A stretch of DNA of 64,000 bases from Mobula hypostoma (taxonomy: Eukaryota): NCBI RefSeq assembly GCF_963921235.1, contig NC_086108.1:36458001-36522000 (forward strand). The letters run 5' to 3'. Each line of letters opens with the position of its first letter. Positions within the stretch are counted from its first letter, which is position 1. The notes beneath the pieces were generated by a model, which saw only the letters and a program-made list of their open reading frames with translations, had not been told where the DNA came from and did no database searches. The translations under genes and the position numbers were made by a program. Positions 51,400 to 61,089 of this stretch are shown piece by piece.

Positions 51400-52265
51400 T
51401 GACGCTCAGCATTGTATCCACCACAAGGTCCAACCAAGGCCATGCATCACAATAAATCTGATGAACTTCACTATAGTATTCCACGTCATCTCTAACAAAC
51501 TGCCTATAGGAAGGGAGTTGGATTATAGGGTCAGTTGGAACCTACATGTCCCTTGCACTGCCACAAACTGGGACATTAAGTTACAGCTTGCATGTACGGG
51601 TGGTCAAAACCTAAGTCCCATGTCTTTGCTGATATGCCCAGTTGCTGTCCCACTCCCCTGAAGAAATCCATGGTGAGATCCTGGTCAACATATCTTTCAT
51701 ATCTTAGAAGCCACCCATTAATGAGGGCAGACAGCAATGACAGCACCTACTTTTTTTCTCAGAGTACTGGCACAGCCTTCTTCATACCAAGGTGGAGGAA
51801 GTTCTGAGGCCAAGTCATCAATCCCAATGGTAAGTTTATAACCTACTGAGCAGAAATATAGGAGGGTGGTTTAGAGGCATTTCAAAGCTCAGGGAAGATA
51901 CCATCAACATTTGATCTGAAAATCCTTCAAGTCTATGGTCAGGAGGGGTGAACCAATGCCCTTTCCAAGGTCAACATCAAGAACCTGATCACACTTGATC
52001 AGTGGATAGGCCTTATTATTTGCTTGCAGATGCTGGAAGTAAGAATTTAGAACTTTATTGGGATAAGAGATTTCAAGGAAGAGAGAGAGAGTCTCAAAAA
52101 TAAATCCCTTTAAGGAAATCCTCAAAACTACCCAGAAGAAGTAAAGCAGCCTCACAAATTGTGGCAGAGTATCATCCAGGGGGCTCTGAGCTTGGAGTCT
52201 AAGAGTAGACAGCATAAGGAGAGTGCTATCATTCAGACTGTCCTCCCACCTGTCCCATCAAGCTC
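51400..52265 (+). mobile_element. Very degenerate RTE-like LINE remnant
   Basis: KLQLAC-type endonuclease start near 51578, YFF motif, and WQSIIQGALSLES..RQHKE resembling the RTE C-terminal region at 1-258. Confidence 0.4.
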
Positions 52266-52429
52266 CATCGGTACCGCTTACGGCAGAGCCTGGGGGAGCC
52301 AGGTTGGACTCAGAGATGGAAGCTGGTTGTCCTTGCCTGCAAGGTCCTTCCTTAGGAGAAGACACAATGCAATGAATTGGTAGTTTGCTACGTTGAAGAA
52401 AAAAAGAAAGGAGAGAGATGTTCATGTAA

Positions 52430-52999
52430 AGACCACACCTGGAGTATTGTGTGCAGTTTTGGTCCCCTAATCTGAGGAAAGACATCTTTGCCATAGAGGG
52501 AGTACAAAGAAGGTTCACCAGATTGATTCCTGGGATGGCAGGTCTTTCATATGAAGAAAGACTGGATGAACTGGGCTTGTACTCGTTGGAATTTAGAAGA
52601 TTGAGGGGGGATCTGATTGAAACGTATAAGATCCTAAAGGGATTGGACAGGCTGGATGCAGGAAGATTATTCCCGATGTTGGGGAAGTCCAGAACGAGGG
52701 GTCACAGTTTGAGGATAGAGGGGAAGCCTTTTAGGACCGAGATTAGGAAAAACTTCTTCACACAGAGAGTGGTGAATCTGTGGAATTCTCTGCCACAGCA
52801 AACTGTTGAGGCCAGTTCATTAGCTATGTTTAAAAGGAAGTTAGATATGGCCCTTGTGGCTACAGGGGTCAGGGGGTATGGAGGGAAGGCTGGGTTCTGA
52901 GTTGGATGATCAGCCATGATCAAAATAAATGGCGGTGCAGGCTCGAAGGGCCGAATGGCCTACTCCTGCACCTATTTTCTATGTTTCTATGTTTCTATG
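52430..52999 (+). mobile_element. CR1 LINE 3' part, same young subfamily as 11205-12624
   Basis: ORF 52451-52900 is nearly identical in translation to 11929-12552; tail (TTTCTATG)3. Confidence 0.97.
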
Positions 53000-53044
53000 A
53001 TTCTGGAAATTACAGACATTTGTTCATGTTCTGGATTCCTCTAG

Positions 53045-53742
53045 GGGAAGAGAAGATGGTGGCGCGACGCAGCGCACGTGGCCTCTCCGGTGAATGATAT
53101 CTGTATTTGTCAAGTAGGATGCCATGCACAATCCTGATTTGATGGAGACAGATGTGAGAAGCACGGAGGAACATCTGGAGAGATTTCTGAAATGCCTGCT
53201 TCACTGCCGCTGCTATTGTGCGACCGAGATTCTCCGGAGGGGAAGGCCCCAAATCCTCGGCTTTGCCTGTTGCTTAATGGCCAGGGCCGGGGTCGAAGCG
53301 CTCGGCAGAGATGGAGCTCGGTGCTCGGTGTTGGAGGGCTGGTCGGAGGCTTGAAGTTTTCGGACGGATTTAAGAGTCGGCTCTAGTCGGGTGCTTCCAG
53401 GGTGCTGCATTGGCAAGTTTGCGGCGCTAGAGGTTCATGGCAGGGAGAGTTTTCTTCCTTCTACCGTCTGCGTGAGATTATGGGACTTTCGAGACTTTGG
53501 GACTTTCGAGACTTTGAGACTTCTTTTTTACCGTGCCCATGGTCTGTTCTTTATCAAATTACGGTATTGTTTTGCACTGTTGTAACTATATGTTATAATT
53601 ATGTGGTTTTTGTCAGTTTTTTAGTCTTATTCTGTCTTGTGTTTCTGTGATATCATACTGGAGGAGCATTGTATCATTTGTTAATGCATGCATTACTAAA
53701 TGACAATAAACGAGGACTGCGTGTCCTTATAATCTAATCTAA
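53045..53742 (+). mobile_element. ORF-less non-LTR element, copy B (apparently complete)
   Basis: Begins ...GAAGATGGTGGCGCG; ends TGACAATAAACGAGGACTGCGTGTCCTTA(TAATC)n; collinear with 39777-40366. Confidence 0.85.
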
Positions 53743-54204
53743 TGGTTTGTACCAAATGAGCAGAATGCTGTGACTCACTTGCGAATTAGGCTGGATTATC
53801 TCCATTCTTTCTTGATAGTGAACATAAAACTTGTACCACCAGCCATCCTCCTAATCATGAGCCAGAACTCTCACTGTCCCTTCCTAAACTCCCCCACGAT
53901 TCCTAACCTGAATTTTGCCCTCCAGTGGTTGGTCATAGTCTTTACCCCAACTTTTGACATTCTGATCTTTCCACACCAGATACTTCAATCTGCTTTCTTG
54001 GCTCTTCACACTGCCTTTGACCTTGTGCACTGCAACAATATACAGTGATAGACCCCAATTATGCATTGGTATCTCTGCTGCCTTAAGCCAAACAGCTCAT
54101 AATTGACTCTTTCACTGGGTCAAGCAATGTTCTGTTTTCATCACTAACGCATTCAGGGAGAGGCAGGCTACCACTATGGTGGAGTCAATATTAAGATAAT
54201 TAGG

Positions 54205-54394
54205 GACACAAGCATGCTTGAATCTGGAGCAACAAACAATCTGCTGGAAGAACTCAGCAGGTTGAGGAGCATCACTGAGAGGAAAGGCATGGTCAACATT
54301 TCATGTCCTGATACAGGGATTTGGCAGTTTTTAGCAGATCCTTCCCCCTCAGATGCTGCTCGACTCACTGATTTCCTTCAGCAGATTGTTTGTT
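54205..54394. mobile_element. Penelope-derived fold-back element
   Basis: Perfect 16-bp inverted repeat AACAAACAATCTGCTG (54231-54246) / CAGCAGATTGTTTGTT (54379-54394), extending imperfectly inward. Confidence 0.75.
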
Positions 54395-54829
54395 TAAGAT
54401 AAATAAATTGTTACTGCAAGACTTCTGAGTCATCTTGTACAAGTTATAACAATAATTCTACTTTATGGAAGTATAAATTACATGAAGGTGTTTCCTTTCA
54501 ATATTTGTAAAAAAAACAATTATTTATTTTATCAATTAATGGCAGTTAACTGCTTGTGTTTTTTAATGTTCAAAAACTATTCAATGATATATTTTGTAAA
54601 TTAATGAGTTTTAGCTTTAAATTTTAAACAAGTTCATAGTTGCCAATCCAAATTTATTTTCTGTGAATATATCTGCTACAACTGCTCAGCAGAGCAAGCT
54701 TTATCAAGAGTTACCCGTCACAAAGGTTCCCAAAATAATGAGCCTGACCTAGAAATGGACTCTACCCCCAAAAGATGCTCTTGGGACTCTTGGGACTAAT
54801 TCCAAACCTAAGAAATAGGTTCAGATTTA

Positions 54830-55436
54830 ATGACGCAAACAAACTGATGGAGGAGGTCAGGAGGAATTTGGCTGGTCAGGCAGCATCTATGGAAATGAAT
54901 AAACAGTTAATGTATCTGGCCAAGGCCCTTCTTTAGAACTGGAAAGGAAGAGGAAGAAGCCAAAATAAGAGTAGGGAGGGGATCGGGGAGTGTAGGAATT
55001 CCAAGCTAAAAGGTGCTCGGTGAAGCCACGTGGGTGGGGGTTGGGGAGTAAAGTGAGAAGCTGGGAGATGATAGGTAGAAAAGGTAAAGGGTTGGGAAGA
55101 AGGAATCTGATAGGAGAGGAGAGCGGACCCTGGGAGAAAGGGAAGGAGGAAGGGCACCAGGGGCCATGACAAGCAGGTCAGGAAAATCTGCTTCTGAAGA
55201 AGGAAAGGGAGCCAGAGGGGTAACTGAAGTAGAGGGAAGGTGAGAGAGAAAATTAAGAAGTTGGAGAAATTGATTTTCTTGCCATCAGGTTGGAGACTAC
55301 CCTGACAGAATATGAGATGTTGTTCCTCCAGTCTGAGAGAGGCTTCATCATGGCACCTCCCCTCGGTGTTTCCTCCTTCCCCCTCTCTCATGGTTCACTC
55401 TCCTCCCCCATCAGACTCCTTCCTCTTCAGCCTTTA
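54830..55436 (-). mobile_element. Penelope-like element 3' end (GIY-YIG C-terminus + terminal repeat) with an inverted partial repeat
   Basis: CHDEASLRLEEQHLIFCQGSLQPDG..INFSNF; 55357-55436 is an inverted copy of ~55085-55163. Confidence 0.85.
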
Positions 55437-56744
55437 ATGATCCTGGAAACAGAATCTCTACATAGTCATTGCTTGGACAGATTTAATGTGTATTTTATAT
55501 GAGCTGCCTCTGTATTTGGAGGGCAATTTTCAGAATGACTGCAAATTACAAAGAATTTCTATTTATAATATAGTTGTGTTTTCACTTTCCCTTATCGTAT
55601 TTGGGCGAATTATTGAATGGGTTTCAAAACGTTATCTGTCATTATTGAGATAGAATTTGTGTGAACATACCTCTCAATTCTACTGTGAAAAACTACGTCT
55701 TTATAATAATTGGATTGAATACTGAAACCATTACTTGCAACCCTCATTCTACATCTGTTCTTTTGGTAATAGTAGAGCTCCTGGGTATGTTTTGGATTTC
55801 TGTACACTCGCATAAATGCATTATCAAAATTCCGCAAAAGATGCACTATACATAACAGCCAGCATTCCCCTGACTTCTTTTCCACCCTGAGGCTTTTCAA
55901 TTTTTAATACTAGTTTTCAAATTGTATGGGCATGTTTCAAATTAACTTTTAAACAATGATAAAAGAAAGTCACTGGGAGCATTGGTTTATTAATGGAATA
56001 TACTTATGACAGATGATGTTGATATTTAATTGCCTAATAGCAAAGCAGGTTGACTGTGACCTGCAGTGGTTTGGAAGGACCCTGGTGTCGACTCTCATTT
56101 GGAGATTGTAGAGTGAAGGCCCCTTGTGCTCAGAGCTGAGGAAAATCAGAGCAGTGAGTATGGAATTTGTTTGAAAGGTGAGTAGAGTTATAACTTTCAA
56201 TCACACTTTATGATTGAGAGAGTGAACTTAGCTTCTCTCCCACAGGTTCTTGAAATGAACTTTCTCAAGCTTTGTCTAATTTACCCCTTGTCACTTCATA
56301 TACTGTATGTTAAGTTGACCCATGGCCTATTGAATCTGTCAACCTACAGACGTAAAGTAAGCTGCCGAAACAAGGGGATGAAAATTGCTTTGCTGCCTTT
56401 TAAAAGCAGTGAAACAGCACTGTGAGTCACTCTTCCACTGTTTGTGGAAGACTGAGATCTTGATTTGTCAGGTTCATAGAATAATGTGTTTCCCTACATA
56501 ACGAACACACTTAATCATTGCTGGAGGCGTTATCTGTTGATGCATTGAAGATCTTGCAGATGCTGGCATTAAGACAAGCGTCTGCTAACTTTGCAGCCAA
56601 ACATTGAAGGGACACACAATACACGCAATATTCTTTCAGCTTCCGAAGAGTGGTGCCACAGAATCAATCTGTACTGCAATGGTGGTGGGGGTAGACGATA
56701 GTGCTAGCAGGCAAGGGTGAGGAGGGCTGTCTTCCTCTGCCTTA

Positions 56745-57135
56745 AAAATATTCAATGGATCTGCTTCCATAGCCTTTTAAGCAAGAGAGTTTAAAAGGTT
56801 CAGAATCCCCTGAGAGAAAGGAAATCATATTTCAGAATCAGCATCAGGTTGATTATTTGCTGTTTTATATAATGTGAAGTGTGGAGACATAAAATTAATA
56901 TAAATTACAAAATAAGTAAATAGTGCAAAAAAGGAATAATAAGGTATTTTAAAACAGTGATTCCCAGTTCTAGATTCTTTCACAAGAAGAAATATCCTTT
57001 CTACATCCATCCTGTCAAGACCGATCAGGATTTTATATGATTCAATCATCCACTTTTACTCTTCTAAACTCTGGCAGATAGAAGCCTATCCTGTCCAACC
57101 TTTCCTCATAAGATGACCAACCCATTCTGGAGATG
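56745..57135 (-). mobile_element. CR1 3' fragment interrupted by a short Rex-like tail (~56825-56945)
   Basis: GWSSYEERLDRIGFYLPEFRR; IESYKILIGLDRMDVERIF..ESRT. Confidence 0.75.
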
Positions 57136-57619
57136 CCAATAAATGAAATCCAAGAGGGAGTAAGGGAGTATCTGACTGATACGAGAGGAATCCATTCTTG
57201 GTTTGGAACATTTGAGATGAATAGTATTGGTGCAGTTGAAGAGAAGGTAGATAATGATCTAAGGGAGAATACATTCCTGAGGTGAGCTTTTATAGGATTT
57301 GTGGATACCAAGCTCACCTAAGTTATTGACTCGGTCAGACAAGTGCCTCATGTAGGTCTATTGCGGGCTGTGTGATTCGGCTAAAAGCTCCATTAGCTTC
57401 AAAAGGGTTAAATATATATAAATTGATGGGGGTCGTAGTCTTGGGTGGAGTGAAATGATTTTTTCCTCACAGTGGTTCCTAGCTAAGGAAATCTGAAGTC
57501 TTGTCAATGATCGACATGGCTGACAGCAGATTCCTTCAGAAATTTTGAACTACATTTGCCTCACACTGTGCGGTGAGGGGACAGTAAGTATTTCTTGAGT
57601 GCCTGAGAAAGAAAATCTG

Positions 57620-57960
57620 GCATCTACATGAAGCCTTTTCAAGATGCTCCCAGATGCTTGTAACTCAATAATGTACTTTTAGGAATGTAAGATTGTAATG
57701 CCAACACAGCCAATTTGGACATGGCAAGATCCCATGAACAGTAATCAGGAAAAGACCGGATAATAGCTTTTATTGATGACGATAGAAGGTTAAGTTTTAG
57801 TCAATTTGGCAGGCATATCACCTCTGATCTCTTTTGAACTAGGTACATTCACCAGAGAAAACAGATGTGGTCTTTGCTTAATATCTTGTCTGAAAGCTGG
57901 CATCTTCAATAATGTAATGATGTCAATATGGCACAGGATTAGATTTTTGTTCTCAGTCAG
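57620..57960 (-). mobile_element. Deu-domain SINE (SacSINE1/AmnSINE1-like), ancient
   Basis: CAGCCAATTTGGACATGGCAAGATCCCATGAACAGTAAT...GACCGGATAAT and CAGATGTGGTCTTTGCTTAATATCTTGTCTGAAAGCTGGCATCTTC resemble the reversed Deu domain (recognised from memory, not searched). Confidence 0.65.
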
Positions 57961-57984
57961 TTAAAAGGTGACATGAGTCTACGC

Positions 57985-58697
57985 GGTAGCTTTAAATTCC
58001 TTGGCGCCAGTGTATTAGAGGATCTGTCTTGGGACCAGTACATTAGCACCATCATAAAACAGCCACGAGAGTGCGGCTAATTCCTCAGATGTCTGTGTGG
58101 GTTTGGCATGTCATGAGAACTTTTGACAAACTTCTATAGATACACAGTGGAGAGTCTCCTGTCTAGTTGAATCATGGGCTGGTATGGAAACACCCGTGCC
58201 TAGGCTACAGAAAGTGGTCGATACAGCCCAGTCAATCTCGGGTAAATCCCTCTTCACCATTGAGTACATTTACATAGAATGCTGACACAAGAAAACAACA
58301 CCCACCATCAAAGACCTCCCACTACTCAGACTCTCTTCTCACCCCTATCATTGGGTAGAAGGTACAGAAGCGTTAAGTTCTGGAACAGTTATTTGCCTAC
58401 AACCATCAGGCTTCTGAGCAGCGTGGATAACTTCAATTACCACTATTCCACAATCTTCAGACTTACTTTCAAGGACCCTTTACAACTCATGTTCTCAGTA
58501 TTATTCTGATTAGCCCAGTTAGTCTTCATTTGCACATGGGTGTTTGTGAGTCTTTGTCTGTTTAACTATGTTTTTTGTAAAATTCTATTGCATTTCATCT
58601 TTTCCTGTAAATGCCTGGAAGAAAATGAATCTCAGGGTTGTATATGGCAACATATATGCACTTTCATAATAAATTTTCTTTGAACTAAACTTTGAAC
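57985..58697 (+). mobile_element. Rex1/Babar-like LINE, degenerate 3' part
   Basis: TTTAAATTCCTTGGC (FKFLG), NFYRYTVESLLS..IMGWYGN, LFSPLSLGRRYRS; tail TTTGAACTAAACTTTGAAC. Confidence 0.85.
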
Positions 58698-58725
58698 CAG
58701 TTTATGTGGTTTGAGTGTGTTACAC

Positions 58726-59525
58726 CAGCGGTCCCCAACCACCAGGCCGCGGACCAGTACCGGGCCACAGATCATGTGCTACCGGGCCGCAAAGAAATGA
58801 TATGAGTCAGCTGCACCTTTTCCTCATTCCCTGTCATGCACTGTTGAACTTGAACATAGGGTTGCCAACTATCCCGTATTTTCCGGGACATCCTGTATAT
58901 TGGGCTAAATCCGTTTGTCCCATACGGGACCACCCTTGTCCCGTATTTCCCCCGCTAAGGTAGAGTGTTCCTAAGAAACCTTTTGTGCCGAAATGGCGTA
59001 AAGTGAAGCAATTACCATTAATTTATATGGGAAAAAATTCTGAGCGTTCCCAGACCCAAAAAATAACCTACCAAATCATACCGTATAACGCATAAAAACG
59101 AAAATAACACTAACGTATAGTAAAAGCAGGAATGATATGATAAATACACAGCCTATATAAAGTAGAAATAATGTATGTACAGTATAGTTGGGAAGATTAA
59201 GCCATAACTGATCTGTGGGAAAAAAAATTGGCACGTACGCGCATGTGCGCGTCACATATATGCAGACGTCACGCATGCCACGCAGGTGCCCGCGCAAGGC
59301 TTCATGGTCATGGTAGTCTTTCCTGGGCTAAATACAAGTGTCCTGGGATTTGACTGCTAATTTTGTCCCTTATTTGGGAGAGAGGAAATTGGCAACCCTA
59401 ACTGTAAAAGACATGTTGAGGTGAGTTTAACCCTACTTGAACACCCCCCACTCCCGGTCGGCCAGTCCGCAAGAATATTGTCAATATTAAACCGGTCCAC
59501 GGTGCAAAAAAGTTGGGGACCCCTG
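58726..59525. mobile_element. hAT (Charlie-like) MITE with 8-bp TSD, containing an inner hAT-like TIR pair
   Basis: TIR CAGCGGTCCCCAAC / GTTGGGGACCCCTG; TSD TGTTACAC (58718-58725) / TATTACAC (59526-59533); inner TAGGGTTGCCAA (from 58857) / TTGGCAACCCTA (to 59400). Confidence 0.9.
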
Positions 59526-61089
59526 TATTACACACTGTCACGCCTGAAGGAGTAACCACTCTGTCTCTGATCCTTGTCTCCAGTGCCACTATACACAGAC
59601 GTGAATATCTATTATCCTGAAATAAAATTATTGATCATTGTAATTCAGAGACATAAGCAAGCAACATTAACAGTGAAGAAGAGGACAAATCATTGAGTCA
59701 GTTTGATGAAGGAATATGGCTAACCAGAGGCAATCTTATATAGGTGTTCTACACCAACTGTCCTCAATGAGCCCATATAACATGTGCCATTAAATGCTAA
59801 AGGAGCTTCAGAGTAAAGTACATGTTAGATGTGGGGTACTCAGCCACTGCCTGACTACACAGTGCCATGCTATAGGAATGCAAACCTTTAATCTAGCTCA
59901 CTCTTTGATCCCTAGTGTCCAAAATGTTGATTAAGTTTGGCATATTATCATAGCACTAAGTTACAGACATTGAATGCAACAACATTTATCACCTAGATCT
60001 TACCTTGCTATTTAAGATGACAAGTACCTGCACTTGAAACGACGTCATACTGATCCAAGTGTCCAATGATTTTCCCCTGTTGATCATTCCTGGCATTCAG
60101 ATCTCATTGTTTATGATGTGAAACTTTCATGAACATCCCAGGAGTTCACTTTGCCCTTCATGCAATGCTGGATTTTTGAAAGAACCATCCAATTGTCTCC
60201 AATTCCATTTTGTACCCACTTCCTTCACCCGTTCATGGAATGGATTCTGAACGCAACTTGAGAACAAAGCAAATTAAAGATTCGCCCAAGGGTAGAAAAA
60301 GTATTCAGTTTCCTCTCTGTGCTTGAACTTTGTATGTGATTTGGACTTGTGAGTCTTTGAAAGTGCTTTTGTTAATGGAATGTAGGAAAACCAGCACGCA
60401 TCTTGTGTAGATAATAAATGTCTGCTCTACAGTGATTAATGCTTAGTAGAGTGGCAAAGGGTTATGAATAAATGCTATAGCAATGGCATTAAATATGCAT
60501 GAACAGTTGTACTTCTCTTCAGCTGAACACCATCTGCAAAACCTTAGAAGTAGTTTCATTGGATATGAAGCACTGAATCCATGATGTGATGCTTCGAAGC
60601 CTGCGGGGTCTTGGCACTGAAAAGAAGGCTATGAAAGAAGCATCCAGAAATGCAGGTCACTGCCTTTCTGAATGTGTATGTTGCTTGTAAGGCACCAAGT
60701 TTCACTCAAGACGTGGTGCTAGTATTGAGACAAGGAATGGAAGAAACAACAGTAGTATAATTAGTTTTGCAAGAACCACAAAAAATATAATTTTGCCTGA
60801 AATTATTTATAAATGTGGAGCAATTGGCAGAGTTCTTGCACAGCCTGTAGAGTATTGACTCCAAGACCACTGGCTGGCATTAAAAGAAAAAAGCCAACCG
60901 ATGCATGTGGAATTTGAACAGCTCTCTAATAAATGTTCCACACAGAATATGTTTATCTTAAGGGCAGCACAGGCCTGTTTAAAGAATGTCACTGTACTGT
61001 GAGCAGCAAATTTGTGCTTTTTGTTCCCCTCAAGACTACATGTCAACTCATCCATGGCCACTTACGCAATAAATCCAGACGGTAAAAAA

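Noticed and set aside
52430..52999. Segmental duplication of ~12060-12624
   Set aside because: Similarity stops at element boundaries; these are independent insertions of one young CR1 subfamily
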